This document shows positions 50,029 to 59,400 of a DNA stretch of 64,000 nucleotides, piece after piece. This DNA is from an uncultured Chloroflexia bacterium (GTDB taxonomy: Bacteria > Chloroflexota > Anaerolineae > JAAYZQ01): assembly GCA_963700285.1 (NCBI GenBank), contig CAVOXA010000001.1:1120001-1184000 (forward strand). Direction: 5' to 3'. Under the pieces are notes generated by a model. The model ran no database searches, was not told the origin of the DNA, and was given only the letters and a program-made list of their open reading frames with translations. Numbering within the stretch: position 1 is the stretch's first letter; the number at the start of each line of letters is the position of its first letter. The translations under genes were made by a program, and so were the position numbers.

Positions 50029-51029
50029 ATCTTGCCTCCTGAAAAGTATAACGTCTCGGCGTTCTTCCGAGCGAGTTTTTGTCTGGTCTCTTTGGGCAGA
50101 TGTGAAAGCAGGCCATTGTAGCGCGCCATCGTCCTGGCATGAATGGCAAAATGACCGCAGACATCGCTGCCCAGCATGATGCGGTCGGGATACTTGAGCA
50201 CAAGATCGATCCAGCACTGTTTCGGGCTAAGCCGCTCATCATCACGTTGCCGGGGTTCGCAGATCGTTTGTTCGTAGACCACCCACGAGAGATCGACGTA
50301 CAGGTTGGGGTAGCGATCCATCATGCAATCGATCATGGTGTGATAGTCTCTGTGCGTCACCCTGCGCGAAATCCCGCAATGACCCCAGACAATCGTGGTA
50401 TCCCGATGACGCTCCAGGGTTTCGGTTAGTTCGTGCAGATAGACATACTCGTCGTGAACACCTACTGAAGTGCTGTTCTGGTGCAGGCAGATGGGGAGTC
50501 TCTTCGAGGCACAGAACTCGTAGATGGGATCCATGGCTGGGTGGTTGGCCCTGGCCGTTTCGCCCAATGTCAGGTTGGTGAGGTCGTCGTGCCGGAAAAA
50601 GACCTCGCCCACCCCAGCCCAGAATGGATACTTGGCGTACATCGATTCGACATAGTCGATCGCGGTACTGTCGGTCGGATCGAAGGCGCAGACCATGGGA
50701 GCAAATCTCGCCTGCTGCTCCGGAGCCAGGCTTGCGTAATGCTGCGCAACGATCTCGTCGGACGCCGAATAGTGGTAGCAGCGAGCATTGTCGCCCAGGT
50801 AGTAGGTTGGCTTGTAGGGCTCATAGTGCTCCCACTTTTTCTTGACCGGCAGGCCAAAGACCACCGCCTTCAGGATGTTGCCCTGCTCCATTGAACGCAG
50901 GAGCTGCTCAAAGCCATCCGTGTTCTGCAGGAAATCGACAAAGTGCAGGTGCATGTCAATGACCGGCTCACTGGCCCTGTCGTCGGGATACTGCTGGATC
51001 TTGGTCTCAAACTCGTGGTGAAAGCTCAT
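50025..51029 (-). CDS. Amidohydrolase-family protein
   Basis: IDMHLH, GVGE, LHQN, WGHCG, YVDLSW, MLGSD. Confidence 0.85.
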   Translation of the reverse strand: MSFHHEFETKIQQYPDDRASEPVIDMHLHFVDFLQNTDGFEQLLRSMEQGNILKAVVFGLPVKKKWEHYEPYKPTYYLGDNARCYHYSASDEIVAQHYASLAPEQQARFAPMVCAFDPTDSTAIDYVESMYAKYPFWAGVGEVFFRHDDLTNLTLGETARANHPAMDPIYEFCASKRLPICLHQNSTSVGVHDEYVYLHELTETLERHRDTTIVWGHCGISRRVTHRDYHTMIDCMMDRYPNLYVDLSWVVYEQTICEPRQRDDERLSPKQCWIDLVLKYPDRIMLGSDVCGHFAIHARTMARYNGLLSHLPKETRQKLARKNAETLYFSGGKI

Positions 51030-51044
51030 CGCTGTTCTCTCCGG

Positions 51045-51998
51045 CTAGCCAATTATCGAAAACACGAGCAACAGGGTCAGGCAACTGACTATCGTGGCCG
51101 CCAGGAGCAGCGCCGAGGCCAGCGAAGCATCGCCCCCGTACCGCCGCAAGTATACTGGTCCCAGTACGGCCGGGGGCATGGCCGCCAGCAGGACCAGCAC
51201 GTCCCGCCACAGGTCGGGAAAGCCCAGGAGCGACCCGGCCAACCCGGCCAGCAGTGGTTTCAGCAAAAGCTTGATGGCGACGACGATGGCCAGCGGCAGG
51301 ATGATTCCCCGCAGGCTGGGCCATTTGAACATCAGCCCGACCGAAAGGATCGCGACGGGCGTCAGGGCTGCGGCCAGGATGTGGCAGACGCGAAAGACGG
51401 GTGACAGAAAGGCATTGTCCTCGCCCGGCAGCCTCAGTATCCCCCAGAGCAGGCCCAACAGCAGGGCGAAAAATACCGGGGATTTGAAGAACTGGAGCGT
51501 GGAGGACAGCATCGACCTGGTACCCGAACCATCGGTGCCAAAGTGCGCGGCCAGGATGGGGCCCAGGATAAAGATGGTGTAGCCCACGCCGATCTCGGAT
51601 ATCAGCACCGCCTCGGTCATGGCCTGGGGCTTGTTGGGATACATCTGGGTGATGATCGAGTAGCCCAAAAAGGTCGAGGAGCCAAAGGCTGAGCAAAAGA
51701 TAATGGCGCCCTGTTGGCTCCTGTCAAAGCCCAATAGGGAGCTCACTCCCCAGGCCAGGGCGATCATCGAAAGCTCCAGGGCCAGCATGACCCCAGCTGG
51801 CGCCAGTTGGTCCAGTTGGATCGACTGCCCCGCCAGCGTCACAAAGACAATGGCCGGCAGGAACAGATCGGTCACGATGCGGGCCAGGACCAGGGAATGC
51901 TCTTCCTTGAGTACCCCGCGCCAGCGCAGGAGCAGGGCCAGCGCATACAACAGGATGATGACGATGACGGCATTCAGAAGGTTCTGGATTGCGTCCAC
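51045..51998 (-). CDS. AEC-family transporter
   Basis: About 10 TM helices; DLFLPA, FLGY, AAMPPA. Confidence 0.85.
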   Translation of the reverse strand: MDAIQNLLNAVIVIILLYALALLLRWRGVLKEEHSLVLARIVTDLFLPAIVFVTLAGQSIQLDQLAPAGVMLALELSMIALAWGVSSLLGFDRSQQGAIIFCSAFGSSTFLGYSIITQMYPNKPQAMTEAVLISEIGVGYTIFILGPILAAHFGTDGSGTRSMLSSTLQFFKSPVFFALLLGLLWGILRLPGEDNAFLSPVFRVCHILAAALTPVAILSVGLMFKWPSLRGIILPLAIVVAIKLLLKPLLAGLAGSLLGFPDLWRDVLVLLAAMPPAVLGPVYLRRYGGDASLASALLLAATIVSCLTLLLVFSIIG

Positions 51999-52001
51999 GG
52001 A

Positions 52002-53723
52002 CTATACCTCTTCGTCGCTTCTCGTGTGCAGTAGAGCCTCTACGGCCTCATGGACATAGTCAAAGAGCCGCTCGCGCCCCAGAGCGTCAAGGATGCCATG
52101 CCGTTCCATACTGTCCACGATCCCGACCTTGGTCCGGGCCAGGTGCAGCTCGATGCCCGTGCTTTGCAGTTCCTCTAGTACGTCGTGCAGCACATCGGAA
52201 CCCTCCAGATCGATGATGTTGGTGCCCTCCATGTCCAGCACGATGCCCTTGACCTCCGTGTCGGCGTCCGCGATCAGCGCTCTAATCCGGTCGCGCAAGT
52301 TTCTGGAAGTCGCAAAGAAAAGGGGCCCGTCAAAACGCAGGACGATCAGCCCGGGATGGGTCTCGCTGTCGGGGAACCGTTCGAGGCTGTGGTAGACTCT
52401 GCTATTCGGCATTCTGCCCAGCAGTGGCATGGCCGGGTGGGATGTGCGCCAGACGAGCCAGAGGAGTGAGAGACCTACGCCGATGAGAACGCCCTGCAGT
52501 ATGCCAAAGGTAAGCACTCCCAGCAAGGCCGCCAGGGCCAGCCAAAACTCGGTGCGCGCCAGATGCCAAAGGCGCTGCATGGCCCGAACCTTCAGCAGGC
52601 CGAATACGATGGCCGTGATGATCACGGCGGCCAGTACGGGCTGGGGCACGTGGGAGAAGAGCGGCGCCACGAACAGCAGGGTCAGGATGAGAAAGATGCC
52701 CAGGACCAGAGAAACCAATTGACTCTTGCCACCCGCCGCGGCACTGACAGAAGTAACGCTAAACACCCCGGTCAGGCTCATGCCCTGGAACAGTCCCGAA
52801 ATAACGTTGGGCATACCCTGGGCAAGCATCTCCTGGTCAGCGTCGATGTCATAGTGGTCCTGGGCGGCATACTGGCGGGCAGCGGCCAGGGAGACGGAAA
52901 GGCCGACCAAGAAGACGCCGGCGGCCGCGGGGATGACGACCTGCAGGTTGTCTACCACGAGGCTGAGGCTGGGCAGGGCCAGGCTGGGCAGCCCCCGGGG
53001 AACGGAGCCCACCAGTTCCACGCCGGTGTTGCTCAGCCCAAAAACCAGCTCAACGCCGATGCCCAAGGCCACGGCCAGCAGGGCTCCCGGAAATTTGGGG
53101 GCCCACAGCTTGAGGGCGAAAAGGAGGGCAAGTGTGGTCAGGCCCACCACCAGCGAAGCGGGGTTGGTGTCGGGCAGACCCTGGATCCAGTTCCAAAGCT
53201 TCAGCCAGGTGTTGGTGCCAGATTCCGTCGTACCCGTGATCCAGTGTACCTGGCTAACGATCAGGGCGATGCCGATGCCAAACACAAAGCCGGTGAGCAC
53301 GCTTTCGGACAGGAAATTGGAGATCCAACCCATCCTGAGCAGGGCACAGATGATGTACAGCAGGCCGGCCAGCAGGGCAATGGTCGCCACGAGCTGCACG
53401 GCCTCGTCGGAGCCCCGGTCGGTGACCGCCAGCACGGCCGCACCGGCGATTGCGGCCAGGGACGCCCCAGGCGTGGTGATGACATGCCGCGAGGTGGTGA
53501 ACAGGGGGAAGACCAGCGCGGCGATGGTCGCTGCATAGAGGCCGTGCTGAACGGGAACCCCAGCGATGGCCGCTGATGCCAGACAGGCAGGCACCAGCAG
53601 CGCCCAGACCGATAGGGCGCCGATGACGTCGCCCGCGAGCCACTCGCGTTTGTAGTGGGGCAGCCACTGGAGGATGGGCAGGGTTCGGTACAGGAGGTTC
53701 TCTTTCTTCTTCGTGGCAGCCAT
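52002..53723 (-). CDS. SulP anion transporter with STAS domain
   Basis: LAGDVIGA...GLYAA; VPRGLP; RFDGPLFFA...IDLEG. Confidence 0.92.
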   Translation of the reverse strand: MAATKKKENLLYRTLPILQWLPHYKREWLAGDVIGALSVWALLVPACLASAAIAGVPVQHGLYAATIAALVFPLFTTSRHVITTPGASLAAIAGAAVLAVTDRGSDEAVQLVATIALLAGLLYIICALLRMGWISNFLSESVLTGFVFGIGIALIVSQVHWITGTTESGTNTWLKLWNWIQGLPDTNPASLVVGLTTLALLFALKLWAPKFPGALLAVALGIGVELVFGLSNTGVELVGSVPRGLPSLALPSLSLVVDNLQVVIPAAAGVFLVGLSVSLAAARQYAAQDHYDIDADQEMLAQGMPNVISGLFQGMSLTGVFSVTSVSAAAGGKSQLVSLVLGIFLILTLLFVAPLFSHVPQPVLAAVIITAIVFGLLKVRAMQRLWHLARTEFWLALAALLGVLTFGILQGVLIGVGLSLLWLVWRTSHPAMPLLGRMPNSRVYHSLERFPDSETHPGLIVLRFDGPLFFATSRNLRDRIRALIADADTEVKGIVLDMEGTNIIDLEGSDVLHDVLEELQSTGIELHLARTKVGIVDSMERHGILDALGRERLFDYVHEAVEALLHTRSDEEV

Positions 53724-53879
53724 GATTCGGAATCCCCTTGATCTAGGTCTCACTCCTCTATCGGTGCCATCAGGCAGATGCGCAGGCTTTCCAGCACTAT
53801 CGAGTTGCCGTGTCCGCTACTGGCTGTCCTGGTAAGGGACACGTGGTGGCTGGACAAGTACCACCGCCTGGTCGTCGAG

Positions 53880-56800
53880 CTATCTCACAAAAGACACTCC
53901 CCAGAACGCCGGTGACACGGGGGTCGTCTGGGCGATCCACGTCTGGCCGCCGTCCGCTGTATGCAAGACATGCCCCGGATTCGGCGGGACAGGCTGCGTC
54001 ACGGACCAGGCGGTCTGCCCGTCCACGGCACTGATTCGTAGGATATAGTCGCCGGTTGTGCCTGGTGGAGCGGGTTGCTTTGCCCAGTGACCTCCACCGT
54101 CATCTGAACGAAAGATCCCTCCCTCGTCAGTCACAACCCAAACGGTACTGTGGTCAACCGCAAAGACGCCGTTGACGTCATAGCCGGCAACTGGAAGGTT
54201 CTGGTCAATCCAGGTGAGGCCACCGTCTGAAGTATGCACGACCAAGTCGCGGCCGACAGCCCATACCGTGTTCGCATCGACCCCATGCACCGAGATCAGG
54301 TAGTAGCCCGAAAGTTCTCTTGTGAGTGAGTAGGGTATTCTCTCCCAGGTGATGCCTCCGTCGGTTGTGCGCACAATCGTCCCGTACTCGTTCCCGGGCT
54401 CATTCGCCCCAACAACCCAGGCATGGTCCCCATCGCTGGCATAGACGCCGCACAGGTTGGCCGCCAACGCCATGTCCTGCGCCTGTCTGGTCCACGTGCT
54501 GCCTCCATCCGAAGTATGAAGGATGACGCCAGGCGGGCTGGCAGCCCAATCGGCACCAGCAACCCAGGCCGTTTCGCTATCCACAGCGTAGACCCCGCAC
54601 AGACCAGTCTGAGAGGCCTCAGCCGGGACTGCCTGGCGCTGCCAGGTGCGGCCGCCGTTCTTGGTGCGTAGGATGGTGCCCTGTTCGCCAACCACCCAGG
54701 CGTTCTGGACATCGATGGCTGCCACCCCACCCAGGTTCACGTCGGGAATCTCGCCCGCGCTTCCCTGCCGCACCCAGGTCTCCCCGCCATCGGTCGTGTG
54801 GATGATCACGCCGTAACCATCCACGCTGTGCCCGGCCGCCCAACCTGTGGTCCTGAGGCCGCGCTTGGCCACTAGCGGCAGATAGCGCCAGAACCCAGGC
54901 CACTCGTAGGCGCCCAGGTCCACGGCCGGGCCCCTCGGGCGGGCCAGGTCGTCGGCATCGTGATCCGGCGCCGGCGGCACGCCGGCCGGGTCGCCCGCGT
55001 CCACCGCGGCGGAGCCGGTGCTGAGATGGTAGTCGTCGCCCGCCGGGTCGGCAAAGGCCGGGTCGCCCGTCACCGGGTGGGTGTGGCTGACGATGCCCGC
55101 GGCGTCGACGTCGGTGCCGTTGGCGTGCCACAGGGTATAGCGTACCGTGACCGTGGTGTCCTGGGCGACGCTGATGCCCACGGTGTGGCTGACCACGATG
55201 TTGTTGGTCAGGGTGACGGGAATGGTCGCCAGGTTGACGGACAGGCCGATGTCGCCATTGGCGACCACGGTGTTGTTGGTGATTTCGGCGCCCTGGGGCA
55301 AGAACCCCAGGGAAACGCCCCCTACAACGCTGGCCTGGTTGCCCGCCACCACGTTGTTGGAGAAGGAGAGGCCGTCGTAGATACCAAAGAAGGAACAGCC
55401 GCCATCCGCAGAAGGAACGGCCGGGTCGGCACTGGCCCGGTTGTCCACGATGAGGTTGCCGTCCACGGTGGCGTCAAACGTCTCATCTTCCAGCATGTCT
55501 ATGACCAGGCCGCCTCCGCTGCTATAGCCGGCCATGCCCGCCCGGTTGCGCGAGATCTGGTTGCGCAGGACGTGACTGCCGCTGGTCCCGCGCAGTAGCA
55601 GGCCGCCCCCACGCCCACGGCCATCCAGGAGCGCCCCAGCATTGCCGGTTACCGCGTTGCCCGCAACCAGTGCGTCCCTGGATGTGTCGATGAGGGCGCC
55701 GCCGCCATATCCGCCAGCTATCCCGCAGGAGTGGCAGGCGGCGTTGGCCGTGATGGTGTTGCTGACCAGCCGGCTGCTCTCGAGCGCCGTGCCCTGGAAG
55801 CCGCCGCCGAACTGGCCGAAACTGCCCCCATAGTCGCCGAACATGCAGGCGGCGTTCTCCTCTATGACGTTGCTGGCCACCGTGGTGCTATAGACGGCGG
55901 CCACTTTGATGCCGCCGCCCTGGCAGTCCCAGCAGAAGAAGCCGGCCAGGTTGCCGGTCACCTCGTTACCGGCCACCAGCCCAAAGTTGGACCAGACGTA
56001 CTGCATGCCTCCCCCGGCGCCTTTGCCATGCAGGGTGGCCACGTTTTCCCTTATCTGATTGTCCTGAACGGCAGCGCGTGGGGAGTGGGTGACAAAGAGG
56101 CCACCTCCTATTCCCCGGGTGGCGTTCCAGGCGCCGCTGGCCATGTTGCGTTCCAGTTGGTTGCCCTGGACCAGGGCGTCGGGGCAGGTGTGCAGGGCGA
56201 GCCCACCGCCAATGCCCTCGCCGGCCTCCCCCGTGTCGCTGGCCAGGTTGTCAAGGAACGTGGTGTCCTGGACGACCAGGCCGGGAGAGGAGTAGACATA
56301 GGCCCCACCCCCGTAACCACTGCCGGTGCTGCTGGCAACATTCTCCTCCACGACGTTGTTGCGGACGATTGCGCCGGGGGTGTTGTAAAGATAAAGACCA
56401 CCTCCCCAACCCTCACCCTGGACGGAAGCCAAGTTCCCGGCGATGAGGTTGTCTTCGATGCGCACCCCGCCGGTTGGGGCATCGCCGGCAAAGACGCCAC
56501 CTCCGACGCCCAGACCGTCCTGGCTGGCCACGTTGCCGATGATGGTACTGTTGAGCAGGTGCAGGCTGGCGTTCTGGCTATAGAGCCCTCCCCCGGTGCC
56601 CGGCCCCAGTTCCGGGGCGAGCTGGGGAGAAGCGGTGGCTGCCCGGGCCCGGGCCTCCTCTGCCCGCGCCGTCAGCCGCTCCAGCCGGGCGAGGGCCGCC
56701 TCATAGGCCGGCGGGCCGCCGGGATAGAGGCCGCTGTCCGCCAGGCGCCCCAGACCCGCCCGCAAGTCAGTCGCCCGCTGGGTTGGCGAGCGGGGATCGG

Positions 56801-57275
56801 CAAGCCCCTGTTCCAGCGGCGTCCCGGCATCGCCGGAGGCAGGGTCCGCGCCCGGCGGGGCGGGAATCGCGACCATCCCGAGGCCACTGGCGTCGCCGTT
56901 CTCCAGGGTGAAGCCGTCTATGGTGACCACGGTATCGCTGCTGGCGCAGGTGATGCTGACGGCACGGCCAGCCCAGTCGGCGAATACGACGCTGGCGCCC
57001 AGGGTGCGTGTGGCAAAGGTGGGGTCCCAACCGCCAGTCAGGGTGATGCCCTCGGTAATGGATAGGTTCTCCGTGTAGGTGCCGCTGGCCACCAAGATCG
57101 TGTCACCACCCGCTGCCGCGTCGATGGCGGCCTGGATGGTGGGGTGATCGTCGGGAACCTTGATGGTGTCCGCAGTGGTGCTCATTGGGGATTGGGCGCC
57201 TGCAGTCAGGACCAACAACAGAGCCACCAGACCCATGCCGGTCAACGCGAATGTCAAATGTGCCATGCGATTCAT
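53880..57275 (-). CDS. Secreted beta-helix protein with C-terminal BNR/YCF48-like propeller
   Basis: VPDDHPTIQAAID, GGG/NxA beta-helix repeats, DYHL...SAAVDAG...DLGAYE, internal YLPLV, repeated TxDGGxTW. Confidence 0.85.
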   Translation of the reverse strand: MNRMAHLTFALTGMGLVALLLVLTAGAQSPMSTTADTIKVPDDHPTIQAAIDAAAGGDTILVASGTYTENLSITEGITLTGGWDPTFATRTLGASVVFADWAGRAVSITCASSDTVVTIDGFTLENGDASGLGMVAIPAPPGADPASGDAGTPLEQGLADPRSPTQRATDLRAGLGRLADSGLYPGGPPAYEAALARLERLTARAEEARARAATASPQLAPELGPGTGGGLYSQNASLHLLNSTIIGNVASQDGLGVGGGVFAGDAPTGGVRIEDNLIAGNLASVQGEGWGGGLYLYNTPGAIVRNNVVEENVASSTGSGYGGGAYVYSSPGLVVQDTTFLDNLASDTGEAGEGIGGGLALHTCPDALVQGNQLERNMASGAWNATRGIGGGLFVTHSPRAAVQDNQIRENVATLHGKGAGGGMQYVWSNFGLVAGNEVTGNLAGFFCWDCQGGGIKVAAVYSTTVASNVIEENAACMFGDYGGSFGQFGGGFQGTALESSRLVSNTITANAACHSCGIAGGYGGGALIDTSRDALVAGNAVTGNAGALLDGRGRGGGLLLRGTSGSHVLRNQISRNRAGMAGYSSGGGLVIDMLEDETFDATVDGNLIVDNRASADPAVPSADGGCSFFGIYDGLSFSNNVVAGNQASVVGGVSLGFLPQGAEITNNTVVANGDIGLSVNLATIPVTLTNNIVVSHTVGISVAQDTTVTVRYTLWHANGTDVDAAGIVSHTHPVTGDPAFADPAGDDYHLSTGSAAVDAGDPAGVPPAPDHDADDLARPRGPAVDLGAYEWPGFWRYLPLVAKRGLRTTGWAAGHSVDGYGVIIHTTDGGETWVRQGSAGEIPDVNLGGVAAIDVQNAWVVGEQGTILRTKNGGRTWQRQAVPAEASQTGLCGVYAVDSETAWVAGADWAASPPGVILHTSDGGSTWTRQAQDMALAANLCGVYASDGDHAWVVGANEPGNEYGTIVRTTDGGITWERIPYSLTRELSGYYLISVHGVDANTVWAVGRDLVVHTSDGGLTWIDQNLPVAGYDVNGVFAVDHSTVWVVTDEGGIFRSDDGGGHWAKQPAPPGTTGDYILRISAVDGQTAWSVTQPVPPNPGHVLHTADGGQTWIAQTTPVSPAFWGVSFVR

Positions 57276-57511
57276 CGGTTTTTCTCCTTCCCTTGTGTCT
57301 CTAGACACTCCTCAATGCATCGGCTCGTCATTCCATCGCCCGAATCTTCCTCCCTAGATCGCAGAAAATCGGCCAAGCTGTCCAGATCAGGCAATTCCGA
57401 GCGTTGGCCCGTGGCCACGCACTGTAGGGATACCCGGTAGTCGGTCACGCCCCCCCGCCGGGTCGGCCAGAGGCGGATCAAGTAGGCACAGCACGGGACA
57501 GGTTGCTCCAT
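57272..57511 (-). CDS. Small conserved hypothetical protein
   Basis: YLIRLW...YRVSLQ...TGQR...DLDSLADFL pattern; GAGG RBS. Confidence 0.6.
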   Translation of the reverse strand: MEQPVPCCAYLIRLWPTRRGGVTDYRVSLQCVATGQRSELPDLDSLADFLRSREEDSGDGMTSRCIEECLETQGKEKNR

Positions 57512-57677
57512 CTTTCGCCTCCTTTCGATTCCTGAGGGTCACCAGCGGGTGCGGAAGACTTGTTGCTCTTCGGTCTTCACTCATAGCCATAGCGAAGGAT
57601 CTCCGTTGGGCATGCGAGGAGGCATTGCCCGCGGGCAAAGAAGAGCCTCGATAAGGAGAACGTTCGGAATCAGTCGC

Positions 57678-58975
57678 TTACTCCCAATTGGCTGTGTCAA
57701 AGGTGTTGTTGCGCCACTTGTTACTTGTGCCTTCGTCAAACAGGTCGTAGTTGCCGCTTCGCACTGCTGTGTTCTCGATGATCTTGTTGTTGTCGCCTGC
57801 TACCTCGATGCCATTGTCATCGTTGTCGTGAACATCATTGCTCTTGAGTTTGTTTTCGTCGCCAAACACCACGATCCCGTCCGCGGTGTGGTCCTGGGCA
57901 ACGTTATTGAGGACCTGGTTCTTGTCCGCCCCCGGGTTCAGACAAATACCGCTGAGGTTGCGGTATATGGTATTGAGCCGGACCCGGTTGTCGCTTACAG
58001 ATGCTCCTTCAGCGTCCCAGGGCTCAGCACCCAGCTCGATCCCACAGATCGCAGAGAAGCTCGCTTCGTTCCTTAGCACAATGTTATGGGATAGCGTGGC
58101 TCCAGCGCCTGCTTCGAGGGAAATACAATCTTCCCCACAGTTCTGAATGATGTTCTTTGATATCTGGTTGTGAGTAAGAACTGTTCCGGGTCCGGCATAC
58201 AGGGAGATGCCATTCCCGGCGCAGTAGCCCATCGTGTTCCCTTCGATCCTATGGCGGCCCTGGGCTATCTTGTTTTCCCCAGAGTGCCGACGGCGATGCA
58301 GTGCCCGAAGGACGCTCCATCAATGCTATTCCCAGATATGAGGAATCCCTTGCCGTTGCCTACCCCGATTGGTGTCTGGGCGATTTGCTGGAGTGTGTTG
58401 TTCCGGATCACATTACCACGATTGATGGCATCCTCTGTCTCAGCCGCCACTTCAATGCCAATGTCAGCTGCATGGATCGTATTGCCCTCAATGGTGTTAG
58501 AATCCGACCCACCATCCTGATCCCTGCACGTAAGGGCATTGACCCCGAGGCATGAGTGATTGAGGTAGATATAGTTGTCCACAAAGGTGTTGTGGCTTCC
58601 TTGGAACTTGATCCCGGCGGCGCAGTCCCATCCGTACGCGATCTCAAAGCCCTGGATGGTCACATAGTCGGCGTGAACATCAAAACCAGCCGGTAACCAG
58701 CCTGCCGGCGGCTCCACGGTGACGCCATCACCCTGGGCGATGATCCGCAGGTTGTTCTTGGTGATGGACACTGCTTCGTTGTAGTGATCAGGATAAACGA
58801 GGATCTTGCTGCCTTTCTCTGCAGCATTGACAGCGGCCTGGATGGTCGCATACTCCTGGCCAGGGCCCACGCGAAGCGTGTTTCCCTCTCCTTTCACCGA
58901 GACGGGTACCGCCATGAGCAGTACCATCAATAGAACGACCAACATACCGAGAACCCCAGATTTGCGCTTGTTCAT
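57678..58975 (-). CDS. Secreted NosD/pectin-lyase-like beta-helix protein, split at ~58260
   Basis: Signal peptide, YATIQAAVNAA, Asn-ladder repeats continuing in the second ORF. Confidence 0.8.
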
Positions 58976-59084
58976 TTCTCCTCCTCTTTTTCTGACATAC
59001 AGATCGGGGTCGGCCATTGCCCGTACACGGGGCTGCGACGAAGGGATAGCAAAGCTAGGCAGCAGCGCGCCCGAGTCTGGTCCC

Positions 59085-59117
59085 ATGATACCATACCAGC
59101 GTGACAAAAGCGTGACA
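59085..59117 (-). promoter_or_regulatory. SARP-type direct repeat TGTCACGC-TTT-TGTCACGC, 8 bp upstream of -10 TATCAT
   Basis: Identical to 30865-30883; lies in the region divergent from the SARP gene. Confidence 0.8.
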
Positions 59118-59400
59118 ATTTGGCCGTGTTTCGTTAAACTCTACTTGTGCTCTGCATCAAAGTGAGTTATAATCAGCAGACTACTACCAACTGCCCGGAT
59201 GCTTGTCACCGGCTGCGATCCTGACCCGCTTTCGTCAAGTTTACTGGGTTCATCTCGTCTGTCCGGGCACAGCTTTCGGGGGAGTCGGGTAGTACGTGTT
59301 CCGCTCTGTGGTCCATTGACAACGGCAGCCGCGTGGCGGTACGGTCCATTCACGGCAACCGCAGCTTGCCCCGGCAGCAAGACAAAAATCTGACAGCGCC

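Noticed and set aside
47972-53723. DUF4337, C45, amidohydrolase, AEC and SulP genes as part of the RiPP cluster
   Set aside because: They are co-directional but generic functions with no sequence evidence of linkage; only synteny could support it.
59310-59362. Imperfect direct repeat GGTCCATT..ACGGCA.CCGC upstream of the SARP gene
   Set aside because: Only two degenerate copies and not seen elsewhere in the window.
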